This document shows positions 11,087 to 20,763 of a stretch of DNA of 42,500 bases, piece by piece. Made by a program: the position numbers and the translations under genes. This stretch comes from a bacterium (lineage in GTDB: Bacteria; UBP14; UBA6098; B30-G16). Where the stretch lies: NCBI GenBank assembly GCA_021161555.1, contig JAGHAI010000120.1, positions 1-42,500 on the forward strand, in the 5' to 3' direction. A model generated the notes under the pieces. That model saw only the letters and a program-made list of their open reading frames with translations, was not told the DNA's origin and did no database searches. Within the stretch, counting starts at the first letter, position 1. Each line of letters opens with the position of its first letter.

Positions 11087-11464
11087 ATGGTGCGAGATGA
11101 TTTGTTGTATACAAAGGAACACGAATGGATTAAGGCGGATGGAGATGTTGGAATTGTCGGAATTACCGATTATGCGCAGAGTGAACTTGGCGATATTGTT
11201 TTCATAGAACTTCCTGCGGCAAAGAAGAGCATTGCAGCAGGAGAAGCATTCGCCACAATTGAGGCGGTGAAGGCGGTATCCGATGTTTATGCGCCTGTGT
11301 CGGGCGAAATAATTGAAGTCAATGAAGCATTAAGGACAGCGCCAGATATAGTAAACAACGACCCTTATGGCGACGGATGGATGGTCAAAATAAAGATGAG
11401 CGACAGAAGTGAACTGGACAATCTTCTATCTCCGCAGGACTATAAAGACCTGATTGGGGAATAG
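11087..11464 (+). CDS. gcvH: Glycine cleavage system H protein
   Basis: YTKEHEWIK..GIVGITDYAQSELGDIVFIELP and the lipoyl-lysine motif IEAVKAVSDVYAPVSGEI. AAGGAGG SD upstream. Confidence 0.95.
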   Translation: MVRDDLLYTKEHEWIKADGDVGIVGITDYAQSELGDIVFIELPAAKKSIAAGEAFATIEAVKAVSDVYAPVSGEIIEVNEALRTAPDIVNNDPYGDGWMVKIKMSDRSELDNLLSPQDYKDLIGE

Positions 11465-11590
11465 CGAATTGAATGTTTTTTCCTGTTTTCTGTGCATATT
11501 TGTTTTGCAAATTTGCCTAATTCCCAAATTCAAAGGTTATGTATCTTGATGTAGTTTTTAACAATGTAAAAAATTCTGGAGGCGATGGAG

Positions 11591-12943
11591 ATGCAAAATT
11601 TTTCTCATTTGCCCAATACAGAAGCAGACCGCAGGAAAATGCTGGAAAAAATAGGCGTCGGTTCACTGGAAGAACTTTTGAATAATGCAGTGCCGTCTGA
11701 AATTCAATTTGCTGGGAAACTGCCGATACCGGATGGCCTTTCGGATGTCGATGTTCAAAAATTGCTGGAGAAACTTGCGTCGATGAATGCTGGTTCTGGA
11801 ATGAAGGACTTTATCGGCGGAGGCGCATACGATATGTATGTTCCTGCCGCTGTTGACGAGATTTCTGGAAGACCCGAATTTTATACTGCATACACACCAT
11901 ATCAGCCCGAAGTAAGTCAGGGAACGCTGACGGCAATATTTGAGTTTCAGTCTATGATTTGCGGACTTACGGGGATGGATGTAGCCAACGCATCTATGTA
12001 TGATGGTGCATCGGCAACTGCGGAAGCCGCCGTTCTTGCGATTCACAAAACTGGCAGAAAGAGAATTTTATATTCGCAGGGTTTGAACCCGCTGTATCTC
12101 GAGGTTGTTCGCACATATCTCCACGGTTTCGATGCGGAACTCGTTCCAGTGCCGATAAAAGACGGCATTACAGATGTGGATGCCCTGAAAAAACTCGCAG
12201 ATGAAAATACTGCCTGCTTTATCCTTCAAAATCCAAATTTCTTCGGCATAGTTGAGGACGGTACACAGTTTGACGAAATCATTCATTCTTCTGGTGGACT
12301 CTATGTGGTGGTCGTCGCCGACCCGACATCGCTGGGAATTTTAAGACCACCTGGTGAATACAACGCCGATGTGGTTGCGGGAGAAGGACAGCAGTTCGGT
12401 AATTATCTGTATTTCGGAGGACCTTATCTTGGTTTTTTTGCTGCGAAGAAGGAATTTGTTCGTTCAATGCCGGGCAGAATTATCGGTGCGACGAAGGATG
12501 TCGATGGAAGACGGGGTTTTGTTATGGTCTTTCAAACGAGGGAACAGCACATACGCAGAGCGCGTGCGACATCGAATATCTGCACGAATCAGCAGCTGTG
12601 TGCTCTGCGCGCTACGGTATATCTTGCATTGCTTGGTGCACAGGGATTTTATGCGATTTCAAAGTTGCTTTTCAATAGAGCGCATTATCTTGCGGATAAA
12701 TTAACGGAAATTGACGGCGTGGAACTGCTCTTCGATGCGCCATTTTTCCGCGAGTTTGCAATAAAACTTCCCCAGAAGGCAGATGAAATTATCGACGAAA
12801 TGTCGCAGGTAGGTATTCTGGCAGGATTGAATGTCGGAAAGCTCATCCCATCTATGGATGATGTTCTTCTGGTTGCCGTCAGCGATAAATATGGAAAGAA
12901 TGATATGGATGAATTCGTTGTCGCGATGAGAAATGCTCTCTGA
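11591..12943 (+). CDS. gcvPA: Glycine dehydrogenase (decarboxylating) subunit 1
   Basis: YTPYQPEVSQGTLTAIFEFQSMICGLTGMDVANASMYDGASA and TREQHIRRARATSNICTNQ. The ATG at 11591 has better SD spacing than the one at 11585. Confidence 0.93.
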   Translation: MQNFSHLPNTEADRRKMLEKIGVGSLEELLNNAVPSEIQFAGKLPIPDGLSDVDVQKLLEKLASMNAGSGMKDFIGGGAYDMYVPAAVDEISGRPEFYTAYTPYQPEVSQGTLTAIFEFQSMICGLTGMDVANASMYDGASATAEAAVLAIHKTGRKRILYSQGLNPLYLEVVRTYLHGFDAELVPVPIKDGITDVDALKKLADENTACFILQNPNFFGIVEDGTQFDEIIHSSGGLYVVVVADPTSLGILRPPGEYNADVVAGEGQQFGNYLYFGGPYLGFFAAKKEFVRSMPGRIIGATKDVDGRRGFVMVFQTREQHIRRARATSNICTNQQLCALRATVYLALLGAQGFYAISKLLFNRAHYLADKLTEIDGVELLFDAPFFREFAIKLPQKADEIIDEMSQVGILAGLNVGKLIPSMDDVLLVAVSDKYGKNDMDEFVVAMRNAL

Positions 12944-12985
12944 AAGAACAATGTAATACGATTATAGTGAAAATTGGAGGGATTT

Positions 12986-14989
12986 ATGCTAAGGAAATTT
13001 TTATCGTTCACAGCTGTTTTGATGTTATTGGTGGTTTTCGGGTGTGCCCCGAAGACAAAGGCACATCTCGGATTTGAAAAGCCTCAATACAATAAAGTTC
13101 CCGCCGAATTGATGAGCAGAATTGCCAGCGCTGGCGATGCTTTCGACTATCCAGATGCAAATTCGATTGTCATTGAGAATGTCGATAGTTCGGTATATGA
13201 CGAAGACGGCAGTCAGGTTCAATATTCGTATTATCTCATAAAGCCAATTACTCCACAGGGATTAAAGGACAATACCACCGAAGAACTTGGCTATGATTCG
13301 CAGATGTTTCAGGTTGATATATTATATGCCGCTGTAATTCATCCCGATTCGACAATCGAGTTTGTTCCCGACAGTTCCATCATAGACCAGGTTGCATCGG
13401 AAGGAATGGCAGAAGCGGATATATACTGGACTAATTTGCGGAAGAAAATAGTTCGTTTTCCGCAGTTGAATTCCGGCGATGCCATCGCAATCGCATATAG
13501 ATATAAGATGTTCAAGCCGTATTTTGAAGGTGTTATTTCAGGCATATCTGGATTTCAGACATATGAACCTATACATAAAAACCGCAGCGTAAATCTCATT
13601 CCGAAGTCGAAGGCAGGAGAAATTCACTATAAGATTTTGAACGATAAAAAGAACTGGATAAAATTCAGGGAATATGATACAGATAAATATCGTGCTTTTG
13701 TGTGGGAGGCGGACAGCACACCCGCGCTTGTTATGGAAACGGGAATGCCGCCTGCCATGATGTTCATACCGCTCGTTATGTTTTCAAATGTGACCTGGAA
13801 AGAACTTTCCCGCAAAGCCTGGGATATAACTGAACCACCTATGAAAATCGAAGACCCCGAAATCAAATCGACGGTGAAGGCAATCGTCGAAACCTGCAAA
13901 ACAGAATACGATTCAATTCGAGCAATCGGATTGTGGGTCGCGCAGAACATAAGATACATTGGTCTTTCGCTTGGAGATAAGGAAGGAATAACTCCTCACG
14001 ATGTAAATGAAACCTTTAAGGCTGAATGCGGCGTTTGTAAGGATAAATCCGCTCTTGCAGTGGCGATGTTGCGCGAAGCGGGAATAGATGCCTACAATGT
14101 CCTGACGAATCCAATTGGGCATATAATCTACGATATTGCCGTTCAGCAGTTCAATCATCAAATCGTTATGGCGAAGATGAGAAACGGTAAGGAGATATTT
14201 ATCGATGTGACCGATGATATATGCAGGGATTTGCTGCCAGGATATTACGGTAAAAAGGGATATCTTGTTCTTTCTAAATCTGGAACGGACCTGAAATATT
14301 TTCCCATAATTCCTCCCGAAAAAAATCTCGGCAGGGTGAACATACAATCCCGAATAGACGGCGATGGGAATCTGCACAGCACCGTGAATATATCTGGTGT
14401 TGGTTTGTATGATGAAGTGATTCGGCAACTGGGGCAATATCTTGAAAAGGAAGACCAGAAGCGGTTTTTCCGTCGTATGATAACGCAAATCGACCCCAAT
14501 GCTGTTCTGGTAGATGCCACAATAGAGCCACAGCCAGCATCCAAGTTGAGCATTCCTGCCGAAATTACGATAAAATATAAAGTTCCTGAATATGCCGTCG
14601 TCGCTGGCGACTTTCTGCTGTTATCGATACCATCTGCGACACACATTTTCGATGTCCTTTCAAATGTGCTGGGTGAATATACAAAACTTGAAGAAAGACA
14701 CTATCCGTTGAGATTTATGTACACTTACGGCGTCGATGTGAACGAAAAAATTGAGCTGGCGCAGGAATATGAACCTAAAAGCATTCCTGTGGAGACAGAT
14801 ATTCAGAATAAGTATCTGGCGTATAATATGAATTATAATTTTGAGGGTAAAATCGTCGATTTTCAATATTCGCTGAGATTGAACGACATCGACATTCCGC
14901 TTAAGGACTATAATGCTTTTCGTGATGCTGTATCTCGATATGAAAATTCTGCGAAGGGAATGCTGATTTTAAATCGCGAGGCTAAATAG
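12986..14989 (+). CDS. DUF3857 / transglutaminase-like cysteine-protease-fold lipoprotein with an intact catalytic triad
   Basis: Lipobox LLVVFGCAPK. The transglutaminase core has Cys (GVCKDKSALAVAMLREAGIDA, Cys codon 14036-14038), His (FNHQIVMA) and Asp (FIDVTD). GGAGGG SD precedes the ATG at 12986. Confidence 0.75.
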   Translation: MLRKFLSFTAVLMLLVVFGCAPKTKAHLGFEKPQYNKVPAELMSRIASAGDAFDYPDANSIVIENVDSSVYDEDGSQVQYSYYLIKPITPQGLKDNTTEELGYDSQMFQVDILYAAVIHPDSTIEFVPDSSIIDQVASEGMAEADIYWTNLRKKIVRFPQLNSGDAIAIAYRYKMFKPYFEGVISGISGFQTYEPIHKNRSVNLIPKSKAGEIHYKILNDKKNWIKFREYDTDKYRAFVWEADSTPALVMETGMPPAMMFIPLVMFSNVTWKELSRKAWDITEPPMKIEDPEIKSTVKAIVETCKTEYDSIRAIGLWVAQNIRYIGLSLGDKEGITPHDVNETFKAECGVCKDKSALAVAMLREAGIDAYNVLTNPIGHIIYDIAVQQFNHQIVMAKMRNGKEIFIDVTDDICRDLLPGYYGKKGYLVLSKSGTDLKYFPIIPPEKNLGRVNIQSRIDGDGNLHSTVNISGVGLYDEVIRQLGQYLEKEDQKRFFRRMITQIDPNAVLVDATIEPQPASKLSIPAEITIKYKVPEYAVVAGDFLLLSIPSATHIFDVLSNVLGEYTKLEERHYPLRFMYTYGVDVNEKIELAQEYEPKSIPVETDIQNKYLAYNMNYNFEGKIVDFQYSLRLNDIDIPLKDYNAFRDAVSRYENSAKGMLILNREAK

Positions 14990-15026
14990 AACAGTTGTCA
15001 GCGAATTACAAAAGAGAGGTGTTATA

Positions 15027-16928
15027 ATGAAAAAGATATTTTCAATATTATCAGTTATCGTTGTTCTGTCCCTTGCGGTCGATTTTTCTGGCGACACTCT
15101 TGTGAATGTCGATTTGCAGAGGCGCATTGAAGAAGTTCCCGCTCGTGAAAGATATCCAGATGCTTCCTTTTACATTATCGCCGACAGCACGATTAAAAAG
15201 ATGCGCGAAGATGAGGGATATGAGGTCGAAAGATATTATCTTGCAAAAATATACACCTATCGGGGCAAGAAAAGACTGTCCAACTATAAAATATTATACA
15301 ACGCGAACTATGAAGATGTCGAACTCATTCGTGCGCGCACGATAAATCCCGATGGCGTGCATCCAATAGATTCCACGCAGATAAACGAAATTACTCCGCC
15401 AGGATATTCAGACGCCAGTATGTATGCGAAAATGACTCAAAAGGTGCTTTCGCTCCCCGCTGTTACGGAAAGTTCTGTCGTGGAAATTCACTATAAAATC
15501 ACGACGAAGTCCGTTCCCAAAATTCCATTCGGCGATGTAGTCGTTCTCGTGGGTGAAGAGCCTGCGAAAAAAGTGTTCTATGCACTTCAGTTTTCCAGTG
15601 AACAAAAGCCCGACTGGTTATCGTTGTCTGGCGCTCCACAGCCAAAAATTTCAGGCGGGCAGGTTCGATGGGAAATCGACGATTGGGAAGGTGTGCAATA
15701 TGAACCGCAGATACCCCCGCTGCGCGAAATTATGCCGACGATTATGTTCACCGCATCGGGAAGCTGGGAAAAGGAAGCGGACAAAATTGCATCTTCCATA
15801 CTGACGAAGTGTGTTGCAGGCGAAAAAGTTAAGGCGGTTGCCGAATCGCTTGCATCCGGTGCAAGCCCGCGAAAAGCGGCGGAAAACATTCTGTTCTTCA
15901 TACAGGAAAAATTCAAACCCATATTCATAAGTCCCAATCTCATTGGCTACGAACCCAATTCTGCTGAAAAGGTCTTTGAGAATGGATACGGCGACAGCAG
16001 AGATTTATCCGTGCTTCTTATAGCGATGTTGAAGTCGGCTGGCATCGACGCATTTCCTGCGCTCGTCGCTTCGTATGGGGCAAAGATATTTGATTTGCCG
16101 ACGGTGCATCAATTCAATCGTATGGTGGTTGCCGCACAGATTAAGGGCAAAACCGTATTTCTCGACCCTATGCGGGAATATGCGGATGTCGGTTATCTCG
16201 GCGCAGCAAACGGCGAAAGGGCATTCGTGATAATTCCAGGGAAAGCGCATCTCGAAAAAATTCCGCCATTTGAACCCAACAGCAATGGTGCCGTTTTTTC
16301 CTACGATTTGCACATAGGGGACGACGGCTCCGTTGACGGAACTATTTCAACTGAGGCATCGGGTTCAGCCGCCCAAAAGATTCGCTCGATGTTCAGGCAC
16401 GCCAAGAAAAGAAAAAAGAAACAGCGCATCGAAACTGCGGCATCCAATGTTGCAGAAGGCGCGAAAGTGGAAGGAAAACCGATTATTGAGAATATCGATA
16501 AAAATTCCGAGAGCGCTCGAGTGCAATTTGATATGTCCGCGAAAAATTTCCTCATCGTGCAGGATAAAATGGCAATTATATGGCTTTCGCATACGCCGTT
16601 TGCACTGTTCGACCTTCCCGATATATCGAAGGAGAGCAGAAAGTTTCCTCTTTTCATCGATGAACCTAAAATGCTTATGAAGAATTTTACGATATATTTT
16701 CCCGAAAAATATAAGGTGGATTATGTGCCGCCGATACAGACATACGAAAACGAGGTTGGTATGTTATCTGTTGGTTCTCAGGCGGGAGATTATTCCCTCA
16801 CTGTGAACATAACGCTGAAGCTGAAGAAGAAGAGGATTTTCCCTGAGGAATACGAAAATCTGCGCCAGTTAATTCGTTCGTTGACGGCGAAGAGATATAG
16901 GATAATTTTGCTTGAAGAACAATCTTAG
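15027..16928 (+). CDS. DUF3857 / transglutaminase-like paralog, predicted catalytically altered (Cys->Ser, His->Arg)
   Basis: Signal peptide without a lipobox Cys. It shares the previous gene's architecture, but the core reads GDSRDLSVLLIAMLKSAGIDA (Ser codon 15996-15998) and FNRMVVA. The Asp is retained (FLDPM). Confidence 0.7.
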   Translation: MKKIFSILSVIVVLSLAVDFSGDTLVNVDLQRRIEEVPARERYPDASFYIIADSTIKKMREDEGYEVERYYLAKIYTYRGKKRLSNYKILYNANYEDVELIRARTINPDGVHPIDSTQINEITPPGYSDASMYAKMTQKVLSLPAVTESSVVEIHYKITTKSVPKIPFGDVVVLVGEEPAKKVFYALQFSSEQKPDWLSLSGAPQPKISGGQVRWEIDDWEGVQYEPQIPPLREIMPTIMFTASGSWEKEADKIASSILTKCVAGEKVKAVAESLASGASPRKAAENILFFIQEKFKPIFISPNLIGYEPNSAEKVFENGYGDSRDLSVLLIAMLKSAGIDAFPALVASYGAKIFDLPTVHQFNRMVVAAQIKGKTVFLDPMREYADVGYLGAANGERAFVIIPGKAHLEKIPPFEPNSNGAVFSYDLHIGDDGSVDGTISTEASGSAAQKIRSMFRHAKKRKKKQRIETAASNVAEGAKVEGKPIIENIDKNSESARVQFDMSAKNFLIVQDKMAIIWLSHTPFALFDLPDISKESRKFPLFIDEPKMLMKNFTIYFPEKYKVDYVPPIQTYENEVGMLSVGSQAGDYSLTVNITLKLKKKRIFPEEYENLRQLIRSLTAKRYRIILLEEQS

Positions 16929-16999
16929 GTGAATTTTTGCTTACGCAGGGTGCGTCGCCTGAAATGTGTGTTTTATAGAATTTCTGGAGGTTTTCCATT

Positions 17000-18724
17000 A
17001 TGAAGCGTAGAATATGGTTGATAACATCTGTGGTAATTCTTATTGGGATTTTCGCAATAGCGTATGCTCAGTTCAGCTCTGGTGAAACCAGCATTTACAG
17101 TCAGATTAAGTTGATGAATAAAGTTCTTACGGTCATCTATTCTGAATATGTTGACCCTCTCGACTACCGCAAACTTATCAAGGGTGCCATTGACGGTATG
17201 ACGAGCACCCTTGACCCTCACACTGTATTTTTCACTCCAAAGCAATATGAAGAACTGAAGATAGACACCCGCGGAAGTTTTGGAGGTCTTGGAATTCAAA
17301 TCAGTATTCGTGATAAGTGGTTAACTGTCATCTCGCCGATGGAAGGCACTCCTGCCTGGCGCGCTGGTTTGCAAGCTGGAGATAAAATAATTAAAATAGA
17401 CGGGAAATCTACCAGAGGAATTACGGTAACTCAGGCAGTGCAGAAATTGCGCGGAGAACCTGGAACGCAGGTGACGATTACCATCGAACGCGAGGGTGAA
17501 CCGAAACCATTCGATGTCACCATAACGAGGGATATAATTGAAATTAAGCCCGTGCCGTTTTATGGTCTCACGGAAAAGGGTGTGGGTTATATAAGGCTGA
17601 CGAGTTTTTCCGCCGATGCCGGAGAAGCTGTGAGAAATGCTCTTAAGGACCTGGTAGCGCAGGGGGCAAAGGGGATAATCCTTGACCTGCGCAATAATCC
17701 TGGTGGGCTTTTGAATCAGGCAGTTTCGGTGGCAAGTCAATTTCTTGGAACTGACGCACTTGTGGTCTATACAAAAGGCAGAACATCGTTTCAGAGCAGA
17801 GAATTTTATACCGATGAAGAAGGTGTTTACCCCGAAGGTCCGCTTGTGGTTCTCGTCGATGGAGGCAGCGCATCTGCTTCTGAAATAGTATCGGGTGCAA
17901 TTCAGGACCACGACCGCGGAATTATTATGGGAACGAAGACATTCGGGAAGGGACTTGTGCAGTCCGTTCGTCCACTTTCCGACGGAACTGCTCTGAAAAT
18001 CACGACGGCAAAATATTACATACCGAGCGGAAGATGTATCCAGCGAGAATATTACCTGAAGCGGAGGGAAAGCGCCATTATCACGGATACTTTGAACTGG
18101 AATCCCGATGAGCTCGACCCGTGGGACTTTGAAACTGAGCCCGCAGATACAGACACTACCGAGGAAAAACCCGTGTATTTCACAACGGGCGGAAGGAAAG
18201 TATATGGCGGCGGTGGAATTACCCCCGATGTGGAATACAAGCAGAAAAAACTGAACAAACTCGAAATCGAACTGGAACGAAAGGGACTTTTCTTCTCCTT
18301 CGTCGTCCATTACACTGCGGAACATAAAAATGCTATTACTTCCCCCGATTTTGAGATAACTGATGAAATTATCAGGGAGTTCCGCAAGTATATTGAAGAT
18401 AAGGAGTTTGAATACAGAACTCGCGCAGAAGAAATTCTCAATGAAGTTGATTCTGTGGCAGAAGAGGATAGTCTTTCGCCTGAAACGATGACTGCACTTG
18501 AACAATTCCACAAACAGCTGGAAAAGGAAAGGGAATACGAATTCCAGAGAAGCAGAGATTACATCGTTCGCGCTCTGCGGCGGGAATTTATATCCAAACT
18601 ATGGGGAGAAAAGGAGAGATACAGGCAAATTGTCCTCGGAACAGACCCCGAGATAAAGAAAGCCGAAGAAATTATACTCGACCCTGAAACTTATTCTTCT
18701 TATCTAAAACCCGAGAAGAAGTGA
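17000..18724 (+). CDS. ctpA: S41 family C-terminal processing (tail-specific) protease with PDZ domain
   Basis: N-terminal TM/signal segment. PDZ domain (GGLGIQI...GTPAWRAGLQAGDKIIKIDG). S41 motifs DLRNNPGGLL, GSASASEIVSGA and TFGKGLVQ. The C-terminal helical extension is long. Confidence 0.9.
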   Translation: MKRRIWLITSVVILIGIFAIAYAQFSSGETSIYSQIKLMNKVLTVIYSEYVDPLDYRKLIKGAIDGMTSTLDPHTVFFTPKQYEELKIDTRGSFGGLGIQISIRDKWLTVISPMEGTPAWRAGLQAGDKIIKIDGKSTRGITVTQAVQKLRGEPGTQVTITIEREGEPKPFDVTITRDIIEIKPVPFYGLTEKGVGYIRLTSFSADAGEAVRNALKDLVAQGAKGIILDLRNNPGGLLNQAVSVASQFLGTDALVVYTKGRTSFQSREFYTDEEGVYPEGPLVVLVDGGSASASEIVSGAIQDHDRGIIMGTKTFGKGLVQSVRPLSDGTALKITTAKYYIPSGRCIQREYYLKRRESAIITDTLNWNPDELDPWDFETEPADTDTTEEKPVYFTTGGRKVYGGGGITPDVEYKQKKLNKLEIELERKGLFFSFVVHYTAEHKNAITSPDFEITDEIIREFRKYIEDKEFEYRTRAEEILNEVDSVAEEDSLSPETMTALEQFHKQLEKEREYEFQRSRDYIVRALRREFISKLWGEKERYRQIVLGTDPEIKKAEEIILDPETYSSYLKPEKK

Positions 18725-18771
18725 TTTTTTCATTTTTCTATTCAAGATAATACAAGTCGAGTCGTAAACCC

Positions 18772-19155
18772 GTGATTGTTGGTATTGGAATAGACATTGT
18801 AGAAGTTTCGCGCATCAGGAAGATGCTCGACGATTATGGCTCTCGTTTTTCCGAGCGGGTTTTCACTCCTGATGAAATAGCATATTGCACATCGAAACGC
18901 TTCCCTGCCATTCATTTTTCTGCGCGGTTTTGTGCGAAGGAAGCCTTTTTCAAAGCTCTGGGCACCGGGCTTTCAGGAAAATTAAGGTGGCGAGATGTCG
19001 CCGTGCTGAACAGAGAAGGCGGAATGCCTGAAATAATTCTCAACAGCGAAGCACAAAAAATCTGCCGCAGAAAAAAAATATCAAATATTAAAGTTTCATT
19101 GTCTCACACGAAAGAATATGCTGCTGCTGTAATTGTTCTCGAAAGTGAAGGGTAG
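18772..19155 (+). CDS. acpS: Holo-[acyl-carrier-protein] synthase
   Basis: (M/V)IVGIGIDIVEVSRI... with a GTG start. ~127 aa with the FCAKEAFFKALG motif. Confidence 0.9.
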   Translation: MIVGIGIDIVEVSRIRKMLDDYGSRFSERVFTPDEIAYCTSKRFPAIHFSARFCAKEAFFKALGTGLSGKLRWRDVAVLNREGGMPEIILNSEAQKICRRKKISNIKVSLSHTKEYAAAVIVLESEG

Positions 19156-19188
19156 TTAAAATTCGCAATAATTGTGCGCAAACGGATT

Positions 19189-20670
19189 CTATCCTTTCAT
19201 TTCTTTTACTTTTCTGTATAACTCGAGGTATTTTTTCGCAGAAACTTCCCAGGAAAAATCCTGTTTCATTCCTCTGATGATGATTTTTCGCCATTCCTTT
19301 CTTTCGGAAAAGTGCATCAGCGCGCGATTTATTGTATCGAGCAGCGCCTGCGGCGAATATTCTGAAAACACAAATCCCGTTCCAACATTTGGCTTTTCGT
19401 CCACATCGATTACGGTATCTGCAAGTCCGCCTGTTTTCCTCACAATTGGGACAGTGCCGTATCTCAGCGAATACATCTGGTTCAGTCCGCAGGGTTCGAA
19501 ACGAGATGGCATAAGAAACATATCCGCTCCTGCTTCGATTTTATGTGCGAGAGGTCCATTAAAACCAGTATATACGCTTAACTTTTTGGGGTATTTTTTC
19601 TGTGCATCTTTGAACATCTTTTCGTATCTGGGGTCGCCTGAACCGAGAATCACCATTTTGACATCCTTTTTCATCAGTTCAGGAAGAATTTCTGCCACGA
19701 GGTCGAAGCCCTTCTGGTCTGCCATCCTGCCAATCATCCCAATAAGAGGTATATCGAGTTCTTCAGGAAGTTCAAACTGACGAAGGACGACCGATTTCAT
19801 CATTCTTTTGCCCGAAAGGTCGTCGATGGAGTATTTATATTCTATATTTTCATCGACAGATGGGTCCCACACAGAATAGTCAACACCGTTTATAATTCCG
19901 AACACCTTGTGCGAAACGGAGCGGAGAACTCCATCGAGTTTGTTGCCATATTCTGGCGTCTGGATTTCTGTGGCGTATGTGGGGCTTACGGTGTTCACCG
20001 CATCGGCGAAGAAAATGCCGATTTTCAAAAAGTTGACATTGCCGTAAAATTCAAAAGGTCCTTCGGGATAGAAAAATTCTTCGCCAAGCCCCATCAGGTC
20101 CATTGTCTCCGGTGGAAAAATGCCCTGATACGCGAGATTATGTATTGTCAGCACGGTTGCAGTATTTCGCCATATTGGATGGTGGCGGTGTGTGATTTTC
20201 AAATATGCCGGCAGTATCGATGTGTGATGGTCGTTCGTGTGAAGTATGTCGGGCTTGAACTTCAATGCTGATGCGCTTTCCAGAACTGCTTTCGCAAAAA
20301 ATATCAATCTCTCCGCCTGGTCGGGAAAGTCCTTTTTAGTTTCGGGGTCAAAATATATTCCCTTCCTGTCGAAATATTTTTCGCTCTTTACAAAATATAT
20401 TGGCACCTGTGAATCTGGCAGTTTTGCGGAATATAGGTCAAAATTTTCAACATTATCGCCCACGACAATCGGAACGCCTCTAATTTCCGCTGGTTTTATT
20501 TGAAAATCTCTGGCTTTCTCCTGAACATCACCGTAGTAAGGCATAATGACAGATACATCGGCGCCCAGTATAGACAGCGCCTTAGGAAGCGCTCCAGCAA
20601 CATCCGCAAGCCCGCCAACTTTGGCAAATGGATATACTTCCGCCGATACGAAAAATATTTTTTCATTCAT
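19189..20670 (-). CDS. glgA: Glycogen/starch synthase (GT5)
   Basis: FVSAEVYPFAKVGGLADVAGALPKAL N-terminal motif and C-terminal PSRFEPCGLNQMYSLRYGT. Confidence 0.93.
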   Translation of the reverse strand: MNEKIFFVSAEVYPFAKVGGLADVAGALPKALSILGADVSVIMPYYGDVQEKARDFQIKPAEIRGVPIVVGDNVENFDLYSAKLPDSQVPIYFVKSEKYFDRKGIYFDPETKKDFPDQAERLIFFAKAVLESASALKFKPDILHTNDHHTSILPAYLKITHRHHPIWRNTATVLTIHNLAYQGIFPPETMDLMGLGEEFFYPEGPFEFYGNVNFLKIGIFFADAVNTVSPTYATEIQTPEYGNKLDGVLRSVSHKVFGIINGVDYSVWDPSVDENIEYKYSIDDLSGKRMMKSVVLRQFELPEELDIPLIGMIGRMADQKGFDLVAEILPELMKKDVKMVILGSGDPRYEKMFKDAQKKYPKKLSVYTGFNGPLAHKIEAGADMFLMPSRFEPCGLNQMYSLRYGTVPIVRKTGGLADTVIDVDEKPNVGTGFVFSEYSPQALLDTINRALMHFSERKEWRKIIIRGMKQDFSWEVSAKKYLELYRKVKEMKG

Positions 20671-20763
20671 ATATCTATGCTCCTGTGCTGTGTCGATTTT
20701 TTCCCAAAATTATCTGGCAGTCAAAATAAAATGCTCAAAAAATGTTATGTCGATAATTTCGCG

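Noticed and set aside
11570-11582. An identical 13-mer, AAAATTCTGGAGG, upstream of gcvPA (11570-11582) and surE (23559-23571). Near-copies lie upstream of the S41 protease (about 16979-16990) and the giant TPR gene (minus strand, about 10928-10940).
   Set aside because: It is most simply an A-rich translational enhancer plus a GGAGG Shine-Dalgarno site in a shared sequence context. It is too short to call a regulon motif from four cases.
17321-18511. A 396-aa ORF antisense to the S41 protease gene. Similar long antisense ORFs occur at 9629-10558, 39589-40269, 39332-39955, 19172-19780, 29454-30023, 32087-32827 and 22546-23130.
   Set aside because: Their translations are low-complexity and rich in F, C, S and R, with no recognisable motifs and no SD. 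Each lies fully opposite a confidently identified gene. They are typical stop-poor shadow frames, not overlapping genes.
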